This document shows positions 50,853-60,688 of a stretch of 64,000 bases of DNA, one piece after another; position 1 is the stretch's first letter; every line of letters starts with the position of its first letter. The DNA is from an uncultured Verrucomicrobiae bacterium (GTDB lineage: Bacteria; Verrucomicrobiota; Verrucomicrobiia; Chthoniobacterales; UBA10450): NCBI GenBank assembly GCA_963828355.1, contig CAWHFD010000012.1, positions 28,935-92,934 of the forward strand. The letters run 5' to 3'. The translations under genes and the position numbers were made by a program. A model generated the notes under the pieces. The model had not been told where the DNA came from. It searched no databases and saw nothing but the letters and a program-made list of their open reading frames with translations.

Positions 50853-50975
50853 CTTGAGATGGCAGCAACTTCTACCGTCAAGCGTGGTGATGTGCATTCC
50901 GCGATGCCGACCGCGTCGCGATCGTGAGTTCGCAGGATTGCGTGTGCTCGCCGCGCGCGGCGCGTTCGCATTGAA
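50853..50975 (+). pseudogene. internally deleted remnant of a paralogue of the cNMP/TrxR-like gene
   Basis: LEMAATSTVKRGDV corresponds to LEPLGQRRVVQRGDV. RRDREFAGLRVLAARGA is identical in protein to aa ~140-156 of the 48813 gene and differs only at third codon positions. Confidence 0.5.
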
Positions 50976-51024
50976 CAGCAAACCTCAAGCATCCCCCGAT
51001 TACGCGGTCGGGAAAGGAATTTTC

Positions 51025-51744
51025 TTATTCCTGCCCGCTGCGATGTCGCCCTTTTGCGGCAGGAAGTTTTGCTCCCACGAATTTAATGGCGCGGTCAGCT
51101 AGCTGACGACCGGAATTCAGGCCAAGTTTGTGTTTGATGTGGTCGCGGTGCGTCTCGATCGTTTTCACGCTCAGCCTTAACGAGTGCGCAATTTTCTTCG
51201 TGCCCAGCCCCGAGCCGATCAAAAGAAAAACATGCATCTCGCGGTGAGACAGGTTGTCGACGATCGGCAGATTTCCTGAAACGCAGTCTTGCACCGAGGT
51301 TTCCAGCAATTTTTGGAACGCGGGCATGTCTAAATCGCGGCTGACATAAATCTGGCCGCTCAAAATATCGTGGATGGCAGTCAGCAGCTCTTCCTTGGCT
51401 GCCGTCTTCATCAGATAGCCATTTGCGCCTGCGCGTAGCGCCCGCTCGGCAAAAATGCCTTCCTTAAACGCGGCGTAAACCAGGATCAGCAGCCCGGGCT
51501 TTTCCGCCTTGAGCGCTCGGAGAAATTCCAAAGTGTCGCCGGTGCCCAACCGGAATGCGGTCAGCAGCAGATGAGGCTTGCATTCGGCGATTTTACTTCG
51601 TGCGTCCGGTATGCTGTCCGCTTCGCCACAGACAATCATGTCTGGTTGGGAATTGAGATACGCGTTGAGCCCAAAGCGAAGCAGCGTGTGCTCGTCCAAG
51701 ATTAGGATTCGCGTCTTTGCGGGGTTCTTTCCTGAACCAGTCAT
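51025..51744 (-). CDS. NarL/LuxR-family response regulator
   Basis: Receiver domain (RILILDEHTLL...) plus a LuxR HTH (LSHREMHVFLLIGSGLGTKKIAHSLRLSVKTIETHRDHI). No cognate kinase is adjacent. Confidence 0.88.
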   Translation of the reverse strand: MTGSGKNPAKTRILILDEHTLLRFGLNAYLNSQPDMIVCGEADSIPDARSKIAECKPHLLLTAFRLGTGDTLEFLRALKAEKPGLLILVYAAFKEGIFAERALRAGANGYLMKTAAKEELLTAIHDILSGQIYVSRDLDMPAFQKLLETSVQDCVSGNLPIVDNLSHREMHVFLLIGSGLGTKKIAHSLRLSVKTIETHRDHIKHKLGLNSGRQLADRAIKFVGAKLPAAKGRHRSGQE

Positions 51745-52026
51745 GCGTGTGGCGTGTGCGCTGTTTTGGTTCCTGATATTAGCATCCAGTTGTCCATCGT
51801 GACAGTGATTCGCCGGATCGATCCTTATACAACATCAGTTGTAATATGCATAGGACTTTAGGGGTACGTTTCGTTTAAGCGTTGACAGCCAAGACTGTGG
51901 CCACGATAACCGTCGCCAGACCAAACGAATAACGAGGCGCACCGCTCTGCTGCTGCTCGCCCAAGCTGGCTGCACGGATCTCGAACGAGCTCTCGTTCAA
52001 TCCAAATCAGAAAAGGAAAAATTATC

Positions 52027-52785
52027 ATGAAATCAGTTACGATCATTATCGCCGTTACATTATTGAGCCTGTTGCCTGTGACATTGATTCAAGCCCAAGG
52101 CACACCAAAGGCCGCATCCGGTGAAAAGAGCACCGCGGCGATCGCCGGGGCTGGCAAACGGACCGACGTTTACCACGTGCATTTTACGAAAGCGGCGCTC
52201 GGCAAAGCGACGCAATTGGGCGACTGGCTGAAAACGCCCGATGCTCATAACCCGATGCCCGACCATTTTGTTGTCCTGCGCCATCAGGATGGCGACGCGT
52301 GGGATTATGTCGTAATTACACATCTTGGACCAAAAGCATCGGTGGAAGCTGCGGGAACGGCTGTGCCTCCGGACAAACGCGACCTGAGCGCCTGGCACAC
52401 CGATACCTTTGTGAACGGTCCTTCGTGGGAAGAGTTCACGCGAGCCATGGGGATTGACGCGGACTCGAAATCCAAGACAACCGGCTCGGCTTACTCCGTC
52501 TCTTATTATCGCCCTGCCCCTGGTCATCGGGAACAATTGGAAAAAATGCTCGGCGAAGTACCGAGCGCACCAAGCGATACGACTGCCGGAAACGTGTTGA
52601 TGCAGCACTTGGAAGGCGCCAATTGGACGTTCCTCACCATCGCCCGGTACAATTCGTGGGACGATTTCGCAAAGGGTGAAAAAAACAGCGTCGCAGACAC
52701 AACGAAAAGGGACAGCCCCTGGTCGCGTTTGCGTGATCATACCGATTTCCATACCGATACGCTCACCGACCGCATAGCGCCGTAA
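52027..52785 (+). CDS. secreted hypothetical protein with internal duplication
   Basis: Signal peptide MKSVTIIIAVTLLSLLPVTLIQAQ. The two ~100-aa halves share the pattern Y-V...G...QL...VL.H..G..W......HTDT(F/L). Confidence 0.6.
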   Translation: MKSVTIIIAVTLLSLLPVTLIQAQGTPKAASGEKSTAAIAGAGKRTDVYHVHFTKAALGKATQLGDWLKTPDAHNPMPDHFVVLRHQDGDAWDYVVITHLGPKASVEAAGTAVPPDKRDLSAWHTDTFVNGPSWEEFTRAMGIDADSKSKTTGSAYSVSYYRPAPGHREQLEKMLGEVPSAPSDTTAGNVLMQHLEGANWTFLTIARYNSWDDFAKGEKNSVADTTKRDSPWSRLRDHTDFHTDTLTDRIAP

Positions 52786-52797
52786 CGCGACGCCAAT

Positions 52798-52924
52798 TGT
52801 AGGGCGTTTTACTCGTTCGCTCCTGCTCGCTCGGCCTGCGGCCTGCCCGTCTAGGTCGCTTGCGTCCCCGCGGCTCCGTTCTGTGAACCCCGAAAGCATT
52901 CGGGGCTGATACGGACGCCCTACA
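52798..52924. repeat. TGTAGGGCG...CGCCCTACA palindromic element (REP/MITE-like)
   Basis: 9-bp terminal inverted repeat enclosing the hairpin ccccgaa-agca-ttcgggg. A further gtagggcgggcagtcc unit follows at about 52945. Confidence 0.5.
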
Positions 52925-53160
52925 AGTTTGCGTGAGCAGAGAAGGTAGGGCGGGCAGTCCTCTGCACGCCAGGAGACGGCGCGCACAGGAGTGACACGCT
53001 CTACCCGACCAGTGTTATTCTCCGACTTTCGGATCGCCAAACCGAATAGGGACGACAGTGCTCGATTCCGAGCACGAGCACGAGCAGTATTCTCTCAACA
53101 CATCTACGTATCATGATGCGTCGATTTGTTACTTGATTAGCTGGTCGAACGCCTCTTTAG

Positions 53161-54277
<1,117 letters not shown>

Positions 54278-54297
<20 letters not shown>

Positions 54298-57094
54298 CAC
54301 AAACGCTCTACAACTTTCCGGTCTCGAACCGCTAAGGATCACGCCGGAATTTGGTTTCGCCGTGATTGGCGAAAGGACCAACATCACGGGTTCGCCGAAG
54401 TTTTCAAAGCTGATCCTAGCGGGCGATTTCGAAGGTGCGCTGACCGTGGCGCGCCAACAGGTGCTGGGCGGCGCAAACCTGCTCGACGTGAACATGGATG
54501 AAGGAATGATCGATTCGGAAGCGTCTATGATTCGCTTCCTGAACTTGATCGGCAGCGAACCGGACATCGCGCGGATCCCGATCATGATCGACAGTTCGAA
54601 GTGGACCGTCATCGAGGCCGGACTCAAGTGCGTGCAGGGAAAAGCCGTCGTGAACTCCATCAGCCTGAAAAACGGCGAAGAGGAATTTTTGCGTCATGCA
54701 CGCCTCATCAGACGATACGGCGCAGCCACGATTGTAATGGCGTTCGATGAGCGAGGGCAGGCTGACAATTTTCAACGAAAGATCGATATCTGCGCGCGCG
54801 CTTGCGATCTGCTGACCAAACAGGCGCGTTTTCCGGCGAGCGATATCATTTTCGATCCGAACGTTCTGACGATCGCGACCGGTTTGGAGGAACACTGTAA
54901 TTACGCGCTCGATTTCATCGAAGCAACGCGCTGGATCAAACAGCACCTGCCGGGCACGCGTGTCAGCGGCGGGGTCAGCAACATTTCGTTTTCGTTTCGC
55001 GGGAACAACACTGTGCGCGAGGCGATGCACTCCGCGTTTCTTTTTCATGCGATTCGAGCGGGCCTGGACATGGCCATCGTTAACGCCGGGCAACTGGCGG
55101 TTTACGAAGAAATCGAACCCGAGCTACGGGAACGCGTTGAAGACGTGCTATTGAACCGTCGCGATGATGCCACAGAACGGTTGATCGAGCTTGCGGAACG
55201 CGTAAAGGCAAAAGGCAAAACACCGGTCCCCGACGAATCGTGGCGGAAGCAGCCTGTAGAAGAGCGCCTCAAACATGCGTTGGTCAAGGGCATCACCGAT
55301 CACATCGATGCCGATACTGAGGAAGCGCGTAGCCAATACAAGCGGCCGCTCGAGGTGATCGAAGGTCCGCTCATGGCGGGGATGAGCGTGGTCGGCGACT
55401 TGTTCGGCTCGGGCAAAATGTTTCTTCCGCAAGTGGTGAAAAGCGCGCGCGTGATGAAAAAAGCCGTGGCGTACCTGATGCCCTTCATGGACGCGGAAAA
55501 AACTCCTGATGCCAAGCCGCAGGGGCGCATCGTAATGGCCACTGTTAAGGGCGACGTGCACGACATTGGCAAAAACATCGTCGGAGTGGTTCTGCAATGT
55601 AACAATTACGACGTCATCGACCTTGGCGTCATGGTTCCGGCAGCGAAGATCCTCGATACGGCGCGCGAAAAAAATGCGGACGCCATTGGCCTAAGCGGCT
55701 TGATTACGCCGTCGCTGGACGAGATGGTTCACGTCGCGCAGGAGATGGAGCGCGAAGGATTTCGGCTGCCACTCCTGATCGGCGGAGCGACCACCAGTCG
55801 CGCGCACACCGCGGTGAAGATCGCGCCGCATTATCACTCCAGCACTGTGCACGTCCTGGACGCCTCGCGCGCGGTAGGTGTGGTGAACGCGTTGCTCAAT
55901 GAGCAGCTGAAATCGGACTTCGACAGAAAAACGCGCGAAGATTACGAGCGCTTGCGCCAGGAGCACGCTGCGAAAACAGCGGGAAGGAAGCTGCTGTCGC
56001 TAGAGCAGTCGCGCGCCAACCGAACTCCGATTGACTGGACCAGTTATGCGCCGCCACAACCGGAATTTCTTGGAGTGCGCGTGTATGCGACCGAGAAGCT
56101 GTTCAGTGAGGGCGCTGAAAAGGGCATGCGAGCGGCGCGCGCTCCCCAGAAAGTCGCAATCGCGTTGAGCGATCTTGTTGCTTGCATCGACTGGTCGCCT
56201 TTTTTTCATGCGTGGGAATTGCGCGGGCGTTACCCGGCGATCTTCGACGACCCAAAAATGGGCAAAGAAGCGCGTGAACTTTTCAATGATGCGCAGGAAT
56301 TGCTCGAGCGCATCGTAGCGAAAAATTTGCTGATCCCGCGGGGCGCGTATGCCTTTTGGCCGGCAAACGCCGTCGGCGACGACGTTCATGTTTACGCCGA
56401 TGACACGCGGGCTGAAGCGATCGCCACGTTTTATTTTCTGCGTCAGCAGATGCAAAAGCCCCCAGGACAATTCAATCATTGTCTGGCGGACTACGTGGCG
56501 CCGATTTTGAATCGGCAAGCGGCAACTCCAACGTCAGGTCGCGAGCACGCGAAGAATTTCGGTGCCGGCAATCCGCAATTGGATGATTATCTCGGCGGAT
56601 TCGCGGTCTCAATTCATGGCGCTGACGAACTTGCCGAGGAGTTCAAGCGTGAGCACGACGACTACAGCGCGATAATGGCCAAAGCTTTAGCGGACCGGCT
56701 AGCTGAAGCGTTCGCGGAATATTTGCATAAAGAAGCTCGCATCGCGTGGGGATTTGGGCGCGACGAGCAACTATCGACCGCTGATCTGATTCGTGAAAAA
56801 TATCGCGGCATCCGGCCGGCTGCCGGTTATCCTGCTTGTCCCGATCACGTGGAGAAACAAACGCTATTCGATCTGCTCGATGCGGAGAAAAACGCCGGAA
56901 TCAAACTGACGGAATCGTTTGCGATGCATCCTGGTGCCAGTGTGAGCGGACTTTATTTTTCGCATCCGCAGGCAAAATATTTCGGAGTCGGCCAAATCGG
57001 GCGCGATCAGGTCATGGATTACGCGACGCGGCGAGGCGAATCAGTTGCCACGGTCGAGAAACGACTCGCGCCGAATTTGGGATACAATTCTTGA
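54278..57094 (+). CDS. metH: methionine synthase, pterin-binding + B12-cap + B12-binding + reactivation modules
   Basis: LSGLEPLRI...[26 protein letters not shown] (B12 DxHxxG) and a C-terminal AdoMet activation domain. Overlaps the upstream module ORF by 20 nt in the +1 frame. Confidence 0.9.
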
Positions 57095-57249
57095 GGGCTG
57101 CGTGTTTCCGGGGTGCACAGAATTCGTGGTAAAAATCACGCTGCATTCGGGCATAGCTCTCCCGAATTATTGCGCTTCACACCTGCCGAATGATTCGGCA
57201 CGATTCTTGCCGTGCAGCCTTTAATCGCTTTCCCCTCGCTACGGCAGGA

Positions 57250-57915
57250 ATGGTTACGGTGAAACTTCGCACATTTGGGTTTCTTGCCGTTGTCCTGGTG
57301 GGGCTTCTCTTTTCTTCCTGTGCGGTGGCTCCCCGACGCGTCGGCCCGGCTGCCGCCGGTGCAGCCGAATTGAAAATCACGCAGAACATCATCCCCTCAG
57401 GGAAATGCGGACGTCCCTTGCATCGGCCGATGCGTCCGACATTTATCACTATTCATTCCACCGACAATACGTCCCGTAGCGCCGACGCATTGCATCACGC
57501 GCTCGCCATGAACAAGGGGCTCCGAGGCCGTCACAATCGCACTGGATTTCTCACTTGGCATTTCACTGTGGACGATCATTCCATTTACCAAACCCTCCCG
57601 ACTAACGAAACCGGAGAGCATGCTGATTACGAAGGCCCGGGAAACAGGTCGTCCATCGGGATCGAAATGTGTGTAAACCGGGGCAACAATCTTGGCAGCA
57701 CCATCGACCGCACCGCCCAACTCACAGCCAGACTGATGCGTCAATATGATATCCCTCTCAATCATGTTGTCCCGCACATGCACTGGCGCATGATCCGTTA
57801 CAGTGACGGCCGCGATTTGGGGTTCAAAAAATGCCCGAGAATCCTGCTCGATGGCGGTCGTCTTGGTCCAAAATGGAGTGCATTCATTGCCAAAGTCTCA
57901 TTTTATGCACGATGA
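57250..57915 (+). CDS. N-acetylmuramoyl-L-alanine amidase (Amidase_2/PGRP fold), lipoprotein-like
   Basis: FITIHSTDN...WHFTVDDHSIYQTLP...GEHADY...NRSSIGIEMC. Signal sequence with LLFSSC. Confidence 0.85.
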   Translation: MVTVKLRTFGFLAVVLVGLLFSSCAVAPRRVGPAAAGAAELKITQNIIPSGKCGRPLHRPMRPTFITIHSTDNTSRSADALHHALAMNKGLRGRHNRTGFLTWHFTVDDHSIYQTLPTNETGEHADYEGPGNRSSIGIEMCVNRGNNLGSTIDRTAQLTARLMRQYDIPLNHVVPHMHWRMIRYSDGRDLGFKKCPRILLDGGRLGPKWSAFIAKVSFYAR

Positions 57916-58076
57916 AGTCGGCAACGACGTCAGCTCCGGCGCTTCATTTTGGGCTCAATTCGACGATCACAAAGGTGGCGCTGCTCGTGCTCATGTTCTT
58001 CATTAGCGTGGGACGCTACGTGGAAGCGCATGAAACAAAGAAACTGTTGCTGGAGTACCACGGCGGCAACCCGTGA
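57912..58076 (+). CDS. candidate 54-aa single-TM protein
   Basis: ATGA start/stop overlap with the amidase gene. Sequence MKSATTSAPALHFGLNSTITKVALLVLMFFISVGRYVEAHE... Confidence 0.4.
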   Translation: MKSATTSAPALHFGLNSTITKVALLVLMFFISVGRYVEAHETKKLLLEYHGGNP

Positions 58077-58197
58077 TCGCCTCGGCGTCGTCTAAGCGTG
58101 CGCCATTGCCCCTCACCAATCTGGATTACAATGTTTGACGCGATTAAGCGTCGCGGATGCGTAACCTGCCGAATCGTGGTAATGATTCCGCTCAAAT

Positions 58198-58271
<74 letters not shown>

Positions 58272-58331
58272 TATGAATCACGGGTTCTGATGCCATCGGT
58301 AAATTCGGCTACGTTGCGCGGACAAGCTGGG

Positions 58332-58904
58332 ATGAAGATATACGGGCTAATCTTTTCCACGGTGCTGTTGATTGCCGCGCTGATAATGCATGGGCAGGAG
58401 GCAGCGCCGCCGTCTGTGGACCTCTTCCCAGAACAAGAGGAAGCCAGCCCCACCCCGCCGCCTAACGGCCCCGAATTGCCGGAGCTGAAGCAGCTCGACG
58501 ACAGTTTTAAACCGAAATCACTGGGCGTGGCCGCCGATGCGCTACGGGCGCACGTCCTGTGGCGGGAATTGAAAAATCGTACGGTCAACGATCCTGAAGT
58601 GCAGGCCGCAAGGAAATATGCGCAGGCTGCGCGGACAGATTTGGAAAAGCGAAACCGGCTTCGCAATTACTACGACATCTATTATCAGCGCATGTCTGCG
58701 TTGGCCACCACTCCGGAGCTAAAACTGGTCCTACAAACGATGAAGACAACTCATCAAAGCTTTGTTAGCGCAGCCGCGCGTGCGGCCGACCCCCGATACG
58801 TCTACGCCATCACCGACACCATCGGGCACGCCTGTGAAGAAAAAGCCCGGCCAAAAGAAGAACAAGAAGAAAATTCACAAGTAAGGGGCGCGCCGCGAAA
58901 ATAG
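58332..58904 (+). CDS. secreted hypothetical protein
   Basis: Signal peptide MKIYGLIFSTVLLIAALIMHG. The C-terminal ~50 codons are uncertain: the +1 frame gives an alternative P/T- then K-rich tail ending at 58883. Confidence 0.55.
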   Translation: MKIYGLIFSTVLLIAALIMHGQEAAPPSVDLFPEQEEASPTPPPNGPELPELKQLDDSFKPKSLGVAADALRAHVLWRELKNRTVNDPEVQAARKYAQAARTDLEKRNRLRNYYDIYYQRMSALATTPELKLVLQTMKTTHQSFVSAAARAADPRYVYAITDTIGHACEEKARPKEEQEENSQVRGAPRK

Positions 58905-59209
58905 CCGTGCATTTGGAGCTGCGGAATTCGCTGCATCGGATTCCGACGGAAGGCGCGTACCTCGGGGACTAAACAATCCGTAAGTTCCGTGTAGCGCGCC
59001 GTCTATGAAAGAATTTGCTTGCCGCGGCCGCAGCACTCTTCTAAACCGTTGCGTAACTCTATGAACTTACTCATCGAAGTTACCCAAACCGTTTTGTTCA
59101 CGCCCGCACGCTTGCTCGCAGAGGTTGAGTATTCTTACTCTGCCTCGTCTCAGGGGCAGGCGCCAAGCCCAGTGGCAATGATTTTCGGATCTGGCATTCA
59201 CGATGCTTA

Positions 59210-59789
59210 ATGATCGTGGCATGGTGGAAAATCTTCACAAAGGCCGGTCAGCCCGGTTGGGCCAGTATCATCCCGATCTACAATCTTTACATTTGGTGCA
59301 AGATCGTTGGGCGGCCTGGTTGGTGGATTCTTTTGATGCTAATTCCTTTCGTTAATTTCATAATCCGATCATTCTTATGCATCGATCTGGCTAAAAGTTT
59401 CGGGAAAGGAGTGGGCTTCGGGATCGGTTTGCTTTTTTTGGCGAATTATCTTCTTCCCGATTCTCGGCTTTGGCAGCGCGCAATATCAAGGACCGGCCGC
59501 CGCGGTTGGCCTGTTGGTCGCCGCAGGCTGCGTAGCCAATTCGCAGACTGAGATTGCGACGAGCAGAGAAGAATCTCGCTTGTCCTCCCTCGCCCCATAC
59601 ACGGAATCGAGGCAACGCCCTATCTCGCCTCTCCCCTGGCGAAGGAGAGAGGATGAAGGTGAGGGGTTGGTCGTTCCGCCTTTGAAAGGGATCCCTCACC
59701 CTCCCCCTCTCCCTGACCACGGGGCGACGCGACCCAAGCGACGGCCGCGGTTCCACACGAGGTGGAACGGATTGTCCTCAACACGTTGA
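59210..59789 (+). pseudogene. DUF5684-like small membrane protein with a frame change at a T7 run
   Basis: WWKIFTKAGQPGWASIIPIYNLY...IDLAKSFGKGVGFGIGLLF is followed in the +1 frame by IIFFPILGFGSAQYQGP, the expected continuation. T7 lies at 59433-59439. Confidence 0.55.
59620..59720. repeat. hairpin-rich GEGE-type intergenic element
   Basis: Inverted repeats cctctc(59628)/gagagg(59652) and ggtgaggg(59658)/ccctcacc(59700), lying between convergent genes. Confidence 0.5.
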
Positions 59790-59846
59790 CCGGGTCTGCT
59801 GCTAACCGATTGGGGACAATCGGTTCCACCTTCCGCGCGTTGGTGT

Positions 59847-59897
59847 TGTAGCCGGCATCGGTGATGCCCGTAGCTGGGATCAACGAGCCCGGCTACA
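59847..59897. repeat. TGTAGCCGG...CCGGCTACA palindromic element (REP-like)
   Basis: 9-bp terminal inverted repeat enclosing the hairpin ggcatc-ggt-gatgcc. Confidence 0.5.
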
Positions 59898-59908
59898 GTA
59901 AAGCGATA

Positions 59909-60673
59909 TTATTGCACCCAATTTGGCTTGCGCTTTTCGTTAAAGGCAGCGATGCCTTCGCGGGCTTCATCCGATTCACGCGCATGCATATGATATCTCA
60001 GCGCGAGATCGAGGTCTTCTTTCACTGAACGCCACCAAAGTTCCTCCACTAATCGTTTCGTCTGCGCCAGCGCGCCGGGCGCGCCTTGCAAAACTGATTC
60101 AGCAAACTGCTGCGCTTCACTCATCGCACCGTTCGGCGCAACCACACGATTCACCAACCCGATTTCCTTCGCGCGCGCGGCGTCGATTAGCTCGGCGCCG
60201 AACAATAGCTCGCGCATATTTCGTTCGCCGACCTGTCGCCGCAGAAACGTCATCACCAATCCGGCTACCAATCCACGGCGCACTTCGGGATATCCGATCT
60301 TCGTTCCCTCGGCTGCAACAACAAAATCGCACGCGGACATGATGCCCGCGCCGCCTGCAACAGCGGCGCCGTGCACCGCCGCAATCGTGACGAGGCGTGT
60401 TTGGCTGATGGTGATCAAAGTGTTCGCCACCATCTCCGCTGTCGCGTGCGCCTTCGTTTGATCGGCCGCCGCCTTCAAATCCAAGCCGGTGCAAAACGCC
60501 GCACCCTCTCCGCGCAAAATCATTACACGCTGCTCTGGCTGTTCTGATGCGACATTGACGGCTGCGCACAATTCCGTGAGCAACTCCAGAGTAAGCGCGT
60601 TCCGCCGTTCGGGCCGGTTGAGAGTTACCACGGTTATCTGTGGCGTTTGCTTCTCGATTAGAACGACAGGCAT
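59909..60673 (-). CDS. enoyl-CoA hydratase/isomerase-family protein (methylglutaconyl-CoA hydratase-like)
   Basis: Crotonase fold motifs (ILRGEGAAFCTGLDL, AAVHGAAVAGGAGI). Adjacent to a carboxyltransferase gene. Confidence 0.85.
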   Translation of the reverse strand: MPVVLIEKQTPQITVVTLNRPERRNALTLELLTELCAAVNVASEQPEQRVMILRGEGAAFCTGLDLKAAADQTKAHATAEMVANTLITISQTRLVTIAAVHGAAVAGGAGIMSACDFVVAAEGTKIGYPEVRRGLVAGLVMTFLRRQVGERNMRELLFGAELIDAARAKEIGLVNRVVAPNGAMSEAQQFAESVLQGAPGALAQTKRLVEELWWRSVKEDLDLALRYHMHARESDEAREGIAAFNEKRKPNWVQ

Positions 60674-60688
60674 GGTGCGAATGACGAA

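Noticed and set aside
52060-53040. A 326-aa minus-strand ORF.
   Set aside because: It is antisense to a plus-strand gene with a clear signal peptide and runs through the REP-like elements. Its Arg-rich composition is typical of an off-strand artefact in GC-rich DNA.
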